A model generated the notes under the pieces. That model was not told the origin of the DNA. It made no database searches and saw only the letters and a program-made list of their open reading frames with translations. DNA of 64,000 nucleotides from an uncultured Coriobacteriia bacterium. GTDB lineage: Bacteria; Actinomycetota; Coriobacteriia; Coriobacteriales; QAMH01. Below are positions 9,800 to 18,981 of this stretch, one piece after another. The stretch covers positions 70,786 through 134,785 of the forward strand of contig CAOKAE010000001.1 of NCBI GenBank assembly GCA_948466335.1, read 5' to 3'. The first letter of the stretch is position 1. Every line of letters starts with the position of its first letter. Both the position numbers and the translations under genes were made by a program.

Positions 9800-10375
9800 C
9801 TAGGCGTTGACGATGGGCCTGATGATGCCGTAGCCGCCGTTCTTGCGATGGTAGATGACCTGGACCTGATGGGCATCCTGGTCGAAGTAGACGAAGAAGT
9901 CATGGCCGAGCAGGTCGGTCTGCACGAGGGCGTGCTCCTCGGTCATGGGCTCCATCTCGACTTCCTTCAGGCGTACGAGCAGATCATCGTCTTCCTCGGG
10001 CTCGGTGGGAATGACATCGGGGATGTCGAGCTCTTCGGGCTGGAGGTGACGGATGGTGCTCCTGCCGCCGCGACGCTCGACGAGACGCGTCTTGTACTTG
10101 CGCAGCTGGCGGGCGACCTTGTCGGAGGCCAGGTCGATGGCCGCGTACATGTCCTCGGCGGATTCTGCCACGCGGATGACGGCGCCCTTGGCGTTGACCG
10201 TGACCTCGCAGATGGCGTTGAGCGAGATGGCCGGGTTCTTCTCGGTGCGCAGGACGACTTCGGCGTCCATGGCGGCGCTATCGAAGACCTCGAGCGAGCG
10301 GGCGATCTTCTCGTCGACGTAATCCTTGATGGCAGGGGTGACGTTCATCTTTCGCCCTGAAACTGTAATAGCCAT
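9800..10375 (-). CDS. hpf: ribosome hibernation factor (long HPF/RaiA)
   Basis: ITVSGRKMNVTPAIKDYV, DMYAAID...RQLRKYK, C-terminal LLGHDFFVY...YHRKNGGYGII. Confidence 0.94.
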   Translation of the reverse strand: MAITVSGRKMNVTPAIKDYVDEKIARSLEVFDSAAMDAEVVLRTEKNPAISLNAICEVTVNAKGAVIRVAESAEDMYAAIDLASDKVARQLRKYKTRLVERRGGRSTIRHLQPEELDIPDVIPTEPEEDDDLLVRLKEVEMEPMTEEHALVQTDLLGHDFFVYFDQDAHQVQVIYHRKNGGYGIIRPIVNA

Positions 10376-10407
10376 GATAAACCTCCTTGATCGTGGGCTG
10401 ACTCGTT

Positions 10408-11409
10408 CTACTCGTCGCCGGATTGCTGGCCCGCATCCTCCTCACCTGGGTCTTCCGGCGTGTCGGGATTGGGTTCGTCCGGGTTTTCGGGAGCGGGTTG
10501 CTCGCCAACGCCGAAGGCCTTCGCCGGCAGGGCTGCCAGGTCGGTCTTGCCCGCAAGCAGCGTGTCTCCGTCGGAGCCCAGCCACTTGGTCGCGATGACG
10601 CGCATGACGCCGTTCTCGTTGATGGTCTTGATGGCGGCGTTGACGCCGCTCGAAAGCGCGGAGCTCTGCGTGAGGGTCACCGCGTAGATGGGCGTGACGC
10701 AATCTGCGCCGAGGAAGCCCATGCGGATGACGTTCTCGTAGTTGCGCGCGAAGTAGTCGCCGATGACCGCATCGGTCACGAGGAACTTCTGCTCGCCGTT
10801 GCTGAGCGCGTCGAACGCGGCCTGCATGGTGGGCATGGCGACGACCTTGTCGATGCCCAGGAGCTCCTGCACCTTGCTTGCGGCGGTGGTTTCGGCCTGG
10901 ACGAGGATCTTGGCGGTACCGGCGTTGGCCTGCGCCGCGACGTCCTCGATGGAGACGGGGCGATTGGTGCTCAGGCAGAACAGCGAGAGGCCGTCGGTCA
11001 AGTAGGGATCGCTGTAGGTGACGAGGTCGCCCGTGCCGGACTTGGTGAGCCCGAGCGCGACGTCGACCTGCTTGTTGCTGAGCGCGAAGCGGCCACTCGA
11101 ACCCACGTCGATGATCTGCATGCGCAAGCCCAGCTCCTGGGCCACGGCCGCGGCGACGTCAACGTCGATGCCCACGGTCTGGTTGCTAGAGTTGGTGCCA
11201 CCGTAGGGGGAGTTGCTCGTGTTGATGCCGACAGTGAGCACGCCCTCGGTGATGGTTGCCGAGGCATCCAGCTTGGGCGTGAGGTTGCTCTCGACCTGGG
11301 TTTTGGTCTGAAGCTGGCATGCGGACAGCCCGATCACGGCGAGCATGCAGGCGACGAGCGCCATGGCGATTGCGGATATTCCCTTGTGCTTGATTTGCTT
11401 TGCGAACAT
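10408..11409 (-). CDS. ABC-type substrate-binding lipoprotein (family 3)
   Basis: Lipobox LSAC; GVLTVG...PY...GIDVDVAAAVAQELG; acidic Pro-rich tail. Confidence 0.8.
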   Translation of the reverse strand: MFAKQIKHKGISAIAMALVACMLAVIGLSACQLQTKTQVESNLTPKLDASATITEGVLTVGINTSNSPYGGTNSSNQTVGIDVDVAAAVAQELGLRMQIIDVGSSGRFALSNKQVDVALGLTKSGTGDLVTYSDPYLTDGLSLFCLSTNRPVSIEDVAAQANAGTAKILVQAETTAASKVQELLGIDKVVAMPTMQAAFDALSNGEQKFLVTDAVIGDYFARNYENVIRMGFLGADCVTPIYAVTLTQSSALSSGVNAAIKTINENGVMRVIATKWLGSDGDTLLAGKTDLAALPAKAFGVGEQPAPENPDEPNPDTPEDPGEEDAGQQSGDE

Positions 11410-11438
11410 CTTGCTCCGTTTGTCATGGGCCAGTGGAA

Positions 11439-11688
11439 GCGCTCCTCCCAACTGACCTGGTTTTTGACCCCACACTCGCATACAGAAACTTTTGCCTGAT
11501 ACTATCTCACTACTCATTTTCTCGCCCGGGCCACCGTATGTGACCTTAACGGACGGTACGTCTTACCCCTAAGATGCGCCATGCTCACGTCCGGGAAACC
11601 CCGTACGCTTACGTGGATCCTTTCGACCGCATCTGCCTTGGACTAGAGCCGTTTTACCAGCTCGCAACCACAGACTTGGGAGGAGCAC
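11439..11688 (-). ncRNA. raiA motif structured RNA
   Basis: Closing stem GTGCTCCTCCCAA/TTGGGAGGAGCGC. Blocks UGUGGUUG, GAUCCACGUAAG, UGAGCAUGG, CUUAGNNGUAAG, GGCGAGA, AGUAGUGAGA and GCGAGUGUGGGGUCAAANACCAGGUCA occur in the order I recall for raiA RNAs. Lies upstream of the binding protein and hpf/raiA. Confidence 0.85.
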
Positions 11689-11722
11689 ATCTAGTGTATC
11701 ACGCAGCAGATAAACGCGTGCG

Positions 11723-13939
11723 CTAGATTCTCCGCAAAACAAAACAATGATGGACCTTGGCGTGACGCTCGAAATCCAACGGTATGGTCTTGTCGGTGAT
11801 GTCCACAACCTGCACGCCCGCGCGCTCGATCGTCTCACGATCGAGCTTGAATCCACGCAGATTACACGAGAAGACAGCGGCACCGCCACGGGTCAACAGT
11901 CGGCTCACGCCGATGAGCAGTTCCGCATGGTCGCGTTGCACGTCCCATCCGCGTTGGCGCATCTTCGCGGAATTCGAGAAGGTGGGAGGGTCGACGAAGA
12001 TGAGGTCCCAACGCATCTTGGTGTGCCGCGTCTGGGTGACCCATTCGACGCAATCGGCGCGGATGAACTCCTGATGGCCGTTCATGAGGCCGTTGAGCTC
12101 CATGTTGCGCTCGCCCCATTGCAGGTAAGTGTTCGAGAGGTCGACGCTCGTCGTGAACTTCGCCCCGCGTGCGGCGGCATAGACGCTGGCCGTGCAGGTG
12201 TAGGCGAAGAGGTTGAGGAAGCTCTTGCCCGCGGCGAGCTTGCCGACCAGCTCGCGCGTGTCGCGATGGTCGAGAAACAGGCCCGTGTCGAGATAGCTCG
12301 CGAGGTCCACCTCGAAGAGCAGTCCGTTCTCCTGCGTGACGAGTGCCCCTGACCGGGCAAATGAGACAGATGTGTCTGACCAAACTGTCTCATTTCTTGC
12401 GTACTGCGAGCCGCCCTTGGCCCGAACGCGGCGCTTCACGAAGATGTCGTCCGCGGGAACGTCGAGCACGACGCTCGCGATGTTGAGGGCGTCGGCCATG
12501 CGGCGCGCGGCCTTGCCGACATCGATGTTCTTGGGGGGCGCGTACTCGGCAACGTGCACGAGGCGTCTGCCCGCATCTGCGCCCGCGCCCTCGTAGAGGT
12601 CGATGGCCATGTTGTAGTCGGGTAGATCGGCATCGTAGACGCGAAAGGCCGAGACCTTGTTCTTGGTCGCCCATTTGCGGCGCTGCTTGAAGACCTTGTT
12701 GAGACGGTCGGCAAATTGCTGGGCACCCGCGTCGTAAACCGCGATGTCGCAATCGCGCACGTTCGCCTGCGTCCGTTGCCCCGCACTCGCATGCAGGTCG
12801 AAGAGCGCGATATCGCAGGGAGCAGAGCCGTTCATGCACGCAAAGCCCTCGCTGCGCTCCATGCCCAGGTAGGCATCGGCATCTTGGCTGCCCACGAGCA
12901 TGACGGCCGCATCGAGCTGCGTGTAGCCGAGGAGTTGACGCGCGAGCTGCGCATAGCATGCGGGCAGCGTCGCCTCGGGAACCTCGGCGGTGACGAAGAG
13001 GCAGCTCGCGAACACGCCGCGAACATCATGGTGCCGCGCGAGCGCGGCGTCCAGCGCGTTTTCGTCCGCCAGAAACTCGATGAGGGGTGCCACGGCGGCG
13101 GCCTTGGCTCGGGCTTGCGCGCAGGCTATCTCTCGTTTGCGCGGGTCCGTCGCGTATATCGCGATCGCGCGCCGTCCCTCTTGCGCACGGACGTCGGCTG
13201 CGTCGAGAGCGGCTTCCCAAAGCCCCTCGTCGTGACCGGACCATCCGGTAAAGCCCCAGTTGGAGCGCGTGATACCCGGAGCTATGTCGGCTGCTATCAA
13301 GGCGGCCTCGATGGCGAGGGTGCCGGCAGCGCTCATGCTATCCACGAGCAATTCGCCACGGCGCGCGCGTTCGGGCCAGCCAATCGCAAGCAGCATGCCC
13401 GCCGCAAGCGTCTCGTGCACGAATGGGGAGGTGCTTCGCGCGGCATCGCGATAGCCGCGATCCTCCAGCGACGTGCCCGACAGGTCGAGGTAGATGGTCG
13501 CGCGGTTGCCACGCAGGTTCACCTGGATGCGCAGGTCGGGGTGCTGGGCGTCAACGTCCGGACGTTCGCCGCGCACGTCACGCAGCCGGTCGCAGATAGC
13601 GTCCTTCACGCGCAACGCCGTATAGCGGGTGTCGCGCAACTGGTCGTTGGTGCCACGGGCGCTTACGGCGATGGTCGCCCCCGCGGCAACGTGATCCTCC
13701 CAGGCAAGCCCGTGCACGCCCGCGTAGATGCTATCGGAATCCGACGCCTTGACGCGTTCGACCACCAGGAGGATGCGACTCGCGACGCGCGACCACAGCA
13801 AGGCGGTGTAGACCTGCTCCAAGCTCGCCGCAAACGCGACGCCGCCGGTCAGGGGGCGAACCTCGTCCATTCCGAGGTCACGCAGCTCCTGACCGAGAAT
13901 CGGCTCGAGCCCGCTGCCGCATGTCGCGAAGAGCTCCAT
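11723..13939 (-). CDS. rlmL: bifunctional 23S rRNA methyltransferase RlmKL
   Basis: THUMP-containing N-terminal half (LWSRVASRIL); C-terminal FRVYDADLPDY, YLDTGLFLDHR, LNLFAYT, DPPTFSNS. Confidence 0.9.
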   Translation of the reverse strand: MELFATCGSGLEPILGQELRDLGMDEVRPLTGGVAFAASLEQVYTALLWSRVASRILLVVERVKASDSDSIYAGVHGLAWEDHVAAGATIAVSARGTNDQLRDTRYTALRVKDAICDRLRDVRGERPDVDAQHPDLRIQVNLRGNRATIYLDLSGTSLEDRGYRDAARSTSPFVHETLAAGMLLAIGWPERARRGELLVDSMSAAGTLAIEAALIAADIAPGITRSNWGFTGWSGHDEGLWEAALDAADVRAQEGRRAIAIYATDPRKREIACAQARAKAAAVAPLIEFLADENALDAALARHHDVRGVFASCLFVTAEVPEATLPACYAQLARQLLGYTQLDAAVMLVGSQDADAYLGMERSEGFACMNGSAPCDIALFDLHASAGQRTQANVRDCDIAVYDAGAQQFADRLNKVFKQRRKWATKNKVSAFRVYDADLPDYNMAIDLYEGAGADAGRRLVHVAEYAPPKNIDVGKAARRMADALNIASVVLDVPADDIFVKRRVRAKGGSQYARNETVWSDTSVSFARSGALVTQENGLLFEVDLASYLDTGLFLDHRDTRELVGKLAAGKSFLNLFAYTCTASVYAAARGAKFTTSVDLSNTYLQWGERNMELNGLMNGHQEFIRADCVEWVTQTRHTKMRWDLIFVDPPTFSNSAKMRQRGWDVQRDHAELLIGVSRLLTRGGAAVFSCNLRGFKLDRETIERAGVQVVDITDKTIPLDFERHAKVHHCFVLRRI
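12360..12394. repeat. 35-bp REP-like palindrome in frame within rlmKL
   Basis: aatgagacagatgtgtctgaccaaactgtctcatt encodes NETVWSDTSVSF on the minus strand. Confidence 0.95.
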
Positions 13940-13953
13940 GGCACCGTGCTCGT

Positions 13954-15009
13954 CTAGTTCTTCGAGAAGAAGCCGTCGATGGGCGGGGGAGCGCCGTGCG
14001 AACGGCCGGAAGACCCCGGCATGTCGTTGTCATCGAAGAGGTCCGAGCCGCCGAAGAGGTCGTCGAACCGCTCGCAGCGTTCGTTGAAGCCGTCGGCGAG
14101 CGCCCAATCCAGGCCGTAGTCGGCGCAGGTCTGCTCGTCTTCGTAAAGCAGCGCGAGCGCCTGGATGCTCATTTCCTCCCCGCCGACCACCTGCAGCAGT
14201 TCGTAGAGCTGATAGGCGGTTTCGGTCATGGGGATGGTCACCTCGAGCTCTTCGGCGACGTCCAGCGCCACGTCGAGCATGTCGAGGAAGCTCGCGATGT
14301 CGATGGCCCCCGTGTAGTCATGACCGAGCACCTGCGGGATGCAGTCGACGAGCGCGCGGGAGCCACCCGAAGTCGAGGCAAGCACGTTGAGCGCGTTCTT
14401 CTCGGGAAAGCCCGCGATGTGCGCGAGCGAAATGGCCTCGACGGCGCCCATGAGCGACCCGGCTAACGCGATGATGCTGATCATGGCCGCGAACTGTCCG
14501 TCGCCCGCCGCCTCCTGCGGCATGATGCGGGGCGCGAGGAACGGGAACAGCGGCGAAAGGGTCTCCTGCGCCTGCGGGTCGCCGCCCACAAAGGCCACGG
14601 GCTGCTCGTGCTCGCCCACGCAGACGATGGGGGCGTCGAGCACCTCGATGTCGGAGACGGCGGCAACCGCCTGGATCTCGCGGGCGAGACGCGGACTCGA
14701 TATGCTCAGGTCGATGCAGAAGGTACCCGGATCCATGAGTTCGAGCAGGCCCTCGTCGCCCAGGTACAGGTTCTCCACGTCGGCCGTGGTGCGCAACGAG
14801 GTGATGACGACCTGACTGCCGAGCAGGGCCTCCATGCGGTCATCGACGAAGACCACGCCCGCATCGCGCAGGGCCGGAGCCTCGCGCGGGTCGTGGCTCG
14901 CGACGACGACGTCGTAACCCGCCATCTTGAGCCTGACGATTGCCTCGACGGCGGCCGGCTGCGCCGCGCCGCCAAAGAACGTGATGCGCGTGTCGAGCGG
15001 ACTTAACAT
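13954..15009 (-). CDS. 3-hydroxyisobutyrate/6-phosphogluconate dehydrogenase-like protein (divergent)
   Basis: IDLSISSP, LDAPIV, FVGGD motifs; glycine-rich loop is degenerate. Confidence 0.7.
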   Translation of the reverse strand: MLSPLDTRITFFGGAAQPAAVEAIVRLKMAGYDVVVASHDPREAPALRDAGVVFVDDRMEALLGSQVVITSLRTTADVENLYLGDEGLLELMDPGTFCIDLSISSPRLAREIQAVAAVSDIEVLDAPIVCVGEHEQPVAFVGGDPQAQETLSPLFPFLAPRIMPQEAAGDGQFAAMISIIALAGSLMGAVEAISLAHIAGFPEKNALNVLASTSGGSRALVDCIPQVLGHDYTGAIDIASFLDMLDVALDVAEELEVTIPMTETAYQLYELLQVVGGEEMSIQALALLYEDEQTCADYGLDWALADGFNERCERFDDLFGGSDLFDDNDMPGSSGRSHGAPPPIDGFFSKN

Positions 15010-15012
15010 CGA

Positions 15013-15954
15013 CTACTCCCCACTGTTTATCTTGTTTGCGATGCGGTCGGCGATGGAAATCTTCTCGCGGCGGTCATCGCCCCAGAACACGACCGCGACC
15101 ATGCCCGGACCGACGTGCGAGCCGATGACGGGGCCAATCTGGCTGCGGATGGCGGGGATGGCGCCATCGGGACGGTCAAGGTGCTCCTCGACCCACTTGA
15201 CGTCGCCGTCGGCATCGGCCGAAGCCGTGAGCACGACGCCGTTTGACCCGTGCCCCTCGGCATGGTTCTCGTCATAGCACTTGACCAGGGCCTTGAGGGA
15301 CTTCTTGCGACCGCGGGCAACACCCGTGAGCGAGAGGGCTCCGTCGAGGTCGAAGGCGAGCAGCGGCTTGATGTTGAGCTTCGCGCCGATGGTGGCGGCT
15401 GCTGCCGGAATGCGACCGCCCCTGCGCAGGTACTCGAGCTCGTCGACGGTGAACAGGCAGTTCACGAACCAGCGCGCCTCCTCGGCCCATGCCGCGAGCT
15501 GCTTGGCCGAAAGGCCGCGGTTGCGCTGGTTGATGGCCTCGTAGGCGAGTAGGCCCTCGGCAATCGACGCGAGCTTGGTGTCGATCACGTATATCTCGAA
15601 GTCGGGGTACTGCTCCCTGATGTCTGCGACGACCTGCTCGACGAGGCCGAAGGTGCCGGAGAGCGCGGAGCTGAAGCCGAGGTACACCGTGGGCGTGCCT
15701 TCCTTGGCGTAGCCCTCGAAGCGCTCGGTGATCTCGGAGACGGGAACCTGCGCCGTGCCCGAGACCTCGCCCTTGCGCATGCGATCGTAGAACTCCTTGG
15801 CGGACATGCTCTTCCACATGTCGTCGAAGTGCTCGCCGTCGTTCATGTTAAACGGAAACTCCAGGAAGTCCACCTTGGCGTTCTCGAGTATCTCGAGGGG
15901 TAGGTCGCAACACGAGTCGAGAACCAAGCGGCACTGGATCTTATCTTCTGGCAT
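15013..15954 (-). CDS. DegV family fatty-acid-binding protein
   Basis: DSCCDL, SSALSGT, LEYLRRGGRI, LNIKPLL, IGSHVGPG. Confidence 0.92.
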   Translation of the reverse strand: MPEDKIQCRLVLDSCCDLPLEILENAKVDFLEFPFNMNDGEHFDDMWKSMSAKEFYDRMRKGEVSGTAQVPVSEITERFEGYAKEGTPTVYLGFSSALSGTFGLVEQVVADIREQYPDFEIYVIDTKLASIAEGLLAYEAINQRNRGLSAKQLAAWAEEARWFVNCLFTVDELEYLRRGGRIPAAAATIGAKLNIKPLLAFDLDGALSLTGVARGRKKSLKALVKCYDENHAEGHGSNGVVLTASADADGDVKWVEEHLDRPDGAIPAIRSQIGPVIGSHVGPGMVAVVFWGDDRREKISIADRIANKINSGE

Positions 15955-15981
15955 TACCTGTCTCCTTCTTCTGACCGGGCA

Positions 15982-16016
15982 AATGAGACAAATTGGTCAG
16001 ACAAGTTTGTCTCATT
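15982..16016. repeat. 35-bp REP-like palindrome (family A)
   Basis: aatgagacaaattggtcagacaagtttgtctcatt, 2 bp from the pncB stop. Confidence 0.95.
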
Positions 16017-16018
16017 AA

Positions 16019-17479
16019 CTAATCGTAAAGCGAGCTGTTTCTGCCCGTGGCGATTACCATGTCGTTGCGCCTCTGGAAAAGGCCGCGTTCGATGCCGCAG
16101 GGATATTCGTGCGGGTTCATGAAGCGCTTGATCGAATCGTCCAGAAGCGCGAGTTGCCCGACGCATCTCTCGCGCGCGCTTTGGGCCGAGATGTCGACGT
16201 CGTTGACCCTGCCGTTGCTCACGAGCGGCTTGAGCAGCGTCTCGAAGCGCCCCTCCACCTTCTTGCGGCGCGTCGCGTCGAGCGGGTCGACCATGACGGC
16301 GTCCGCGGGCACGTCGTCGTTCACGTCGATGATGAGGTCGCCGGCCAACCGTCCATCGGCATCGAAGTAGCGACGCACGTCGAGCACGCCGGGGATGGTG
16401 CGCTTGTAGAGCTGCTCGGAAATCTTGAGACGCGGGCTCCACGCGTCCTGCCCCGGCTCGCGGATGGCGGAAAGCTTGTAGACGCCACCGAGGGCCGGCT
16501 GCCCGTAGGCGGCCGCCAGGTGCGTTCCCACGCCGAGGGACGTGTACTGGGCTTTCTGATCGTTGAGCGACATGATCGTGTACTCGTCCAGGTCGTTGGA
16601 GAGCACGATGCCCACGTCGAAGAGCCCGGCCATGTCGAGCATGGACCGCGCCATCTTGGAGAGCCACGCGAGGTCACCGGAATCGATACGGATAGCCTGG
16701 AGCTTGTGGCCGCTCCGTTCCAGCTCGCGGGCGACGATGATGGCGTTTTTCACACCCTGCTCCACGTCGTAGGTGTCCACGAGCAGCGTGCAGTTGTCGG
16801 GCATCTCGGCCGCGTACGCCCTGAAGGCGGTGAGCTCGTCGGGAAACGACATGACCCACGAATGCGCATGGGTGCCGCCAACGGGAATGCCGTAGCGCTT
16901 GCCCGCGAGCACGTTGGCCACTGAAGCGCACCCGCCCACGTAGGCGGCGCGCGATGCCGACATCGCGCCATCGGGGCCTTGCGCGCGGCGCAGACCGAAC
17001 TCGGAGACGGGGCGTCCCTCGGCCGCCTTGCAGATGCGCGCGGCCTTGGTCGCGATGAGCGTCTGGAAGTTGATGCCGTTGAGGATGGCCGGCTCGAGCA
17101 GCTGGCATTGCAGCAGCGGGCCGGTCACGCGCACAAGCGGCTCGCGCGGGAAGACGGGGGAGCCCTCCGGCACGGTGCAGATGTCGACCGACAGCTCGAG
17201 CTGGCGCAACCAGGCGAGGAAGTCGGGATCGAACAGCGGCGTCTTTGCCGCGGTGGTCAGGGACGCGAGGTACTCGATGTCGTCATCGGTAAAGCCGAAG
17301 CCATCGACGAGCTCGGCGATCTGGTTGGCGCCGCAGAAGACGCCGTACCCTCCCCCGAAGGGGTTGTCGCGATAGAACGAGTAGAAGCACGCCTCGGTGT
17401 CGAGCTTGCCTTGCGACCAGTAGCCCTGGGCCATCGTGATCTCGTAGAGATCGGTCAGCAGCGTCATGTTGCGTGCCAT
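16019..17479 (-). CDS. pncB: nicotinate phosphoribosyltransferase
   Basis: LLTDLYEITM, EFGLRRAQG, GTHAHSWV, LVDTYD, IRIDSGDL, ALGGVYKL. Confidence 0.95.
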   Translation of the reverse strand: MARNMTLLTDLYEITMAQGYWSQGKLDTEACFYSFYRDNPFGGGYGVFCGANQIAELVDGFGFTDDDIEYLASLTTAAKTPLFDPDFLAWLRQLELSVDICTVPEGSPVFPREPLVRVTGPLLQCQLLEPAILNGINFQTLIATKAARICKAAEGRPVSEFGLRRAQGPDGAMSASRAAYVGGCASVANVLAGKRYGIPVGGTHAHSWVMSFPDELTAFRAYAAEMPDNCTLLVDTYDVEQGVKNAIIVARELERSGHKLQAIRIDSGDLAWLSKMARSMLDMAGLFDVGIVLSNDLDEYTIMSLNDQKAQYTSLGVGTHLAAAYGQPALGGVYKLSAIREPGQDAWSPRLKISEQLYKRTIPGVLDVRRYFDADGRLAGDLIIDVNDDVPADAVMVDPLDATRRKKVEGRFETLLKPLVSNGRVNDVDISAQSARERCVGQLALLDDSIKRFMNPHEYPCGIERGLFQRRNDMVIATGRNSSLYD

Positions 17480-17502
17480 GTGCTTCTCCTGCCCTGCGCG
17501 AA

Positions 17503-18981
17503 TTACTCGCTCGCCTTGCCCTCGCTCGGCTTGCCCGAACCATTGCCGTTGCCTGTGCCACCACGGCGTCTGCGACGGCGCGGCTTGCTACCCGAACCGT
17601 TCGAGCCGTTCGAGCCGTTGCCCTGGGACGCGTTTCCGCTCACGGTCGACGAATGCTGACCGGGACGCGGACGCGACGACCCCTGGCCCTTGCCTTGCGC
17701 GTTGTCCTTGTTCTGCGTGCCCTGCCCGCCCTGTCGCGGCTTGCCGCTCGAGCGCCTGCGACGGTTGCGCGAACGGCTGCCGTTGCCGGAGGACTGGCCG
17801 TCCTTGGAATCATCCGCCTTCTTTCGCGCGGAATCATCGTGCTTGATCTCGCTGCCGTCGGTCGCGGAGACGGAGCGGCGGCGCTTGCGCTCGTCACGGG
17901 GCTTGGGCTCCGACAACGAGGAGGCACCGCGCTTGCGCGGCTTGCGCCCCGAATCTCCCGACGATCCGCGGGACGAGGAACCCGAGGAACCGCGCTTGCG
18001 GCGATGGACGCGCTCGAGGGAGCCGCCCTCGGCCGTGGCGTCGGCAAGGTTGGGATCGTCCGAGAACAGCTTCTCGCCCATCATGGCAAGGTTGCTGTCG
18101 TTGCTCAGCTCCTCCATGATCTTGTCGAAGTTCTCCTGGGAGATGTGGCAGGGGCGAATGCGCTCGCCCTCGCGGGGAACCTTGTCGCCCGTATCGAGGG
18201 ACGAAACGGGAAGGATGAGGCTCGAGCCGTCCTCCATGCGCAAGCGCACGGTCTCGCGTGGCGTGTCGAACTCGACGACCTTGCCCATGCCGGCCGGCGT
18301 GTCGATGAGGGCGTTCTTCTTGGGAGCGCGTCCCTTGAAGTCCTTGTAGGCCTCGTACTCGTAGCGCAGGCAGCACATGAGCCTACCGCACAGGCCCGAG
18401 ATCTTGGTGGGGTTGAGCGGAAGGTCTTGCTCCTTGGCCATGCGTATGCTCACCGGCTGGAACTCCCCGCCCAGACGCGCGCAGCACAGCTCCTCGCCGC
18501 AATGGCCCAGGCCGCCGAGCATGCGGGCCTCATCGCGTGGGCCTATCTGACGCATGTCCACGCGCGTGTGGAACTCGGCTGCGAGGTCGCGCACGAGACC
18601 GCGGAAGTCCACGCGCTCGTCCGAGGTGAAGTAGAACGTCGCATGGGACTCGTCGAACGAGAACTCGACCGCCGAGGGGCTCATGTCGAGGTGGTTCTTC
18701 TCGACGAGCTCATGGAAGATGGCAAGCGCCTCCTGGTCGCGCGCGGCTATCTCGTCGCTCTTCGCGAGGTCTTCCTCGGTCGCGATGCGCACGACCGGCT
18801 TGAGCGGTTTGGTGACCTCGGCTTCGTCGACCTCGGTGACGTCATGGGTACACAAGCCGATTTCGGTACCCTTGCTCGTCTCGACCAGCACGTGGTCACC
18901 CGCCTTCAACTCGAGGCCGGCGGGATCGAACCAATAGTCCTGGGACGCGTAGCGAAGTCGAACGGACGCTACTAATGGCAT
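17503..18981 (-). CDS. PSP1/RicT (YaaT) family protein with long Arg/Ser/Gly-rich tail
   Basis: RVDFRGLVRDLA, GLGHCGEELCC, KISGLCGRLMCCLRYE; follows holB. Confidence 0.9.
   Translation of the reverse strand: MPLVASVRLRYASQDYWFDPAGLELKAGDHVLVETSKGTEIGLCTHDVTEVDEAEVTKPLKPVVRIATEEDLAKSDEIAARDQEALAIFHELVEKNHLDMSPSAVEFSFDESHATFYFTSDERVDFRGLVRDLAAEFHTRVDMRQIGPRDEARMLGGLGHCGEELCCARLGGEFQPVSIRMAKEQDLPLNPTKISGLCGRLMCCLRYEYEAYKDFKGRAPKKNALIDTPAGMGKVVEFDTPRETVRLRMEDGSSLILPVSSLDTGDKVPREGERIRPCHISQENFDKIMEELSNDSNLAMMGEKLFSDDPNLADATAEGGSLERVHRRKRGSSGSSSRGSSGDSGRKPRKRGASSLSEPKPRDERKRRRSVSATDGSEIKHDDSARKKADDSKDGQSSGNGSRSRNRRRRSSGKPRQGGQGTQNKDNAQGKGQGSSRPRPGQHSSTVSGNASQGNGSNGSNGSGSKPRRRRRRGGTGNGNGSGKPSEGKASE

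Noticed and set aside
8477-10360. Long antisense ORFs (also 35446-37587, 47756-49561, 51281-53332, 55777-57321)
   Set aside because: High-GC shadow frames opposite well-supported genes, with no recognisable motifs
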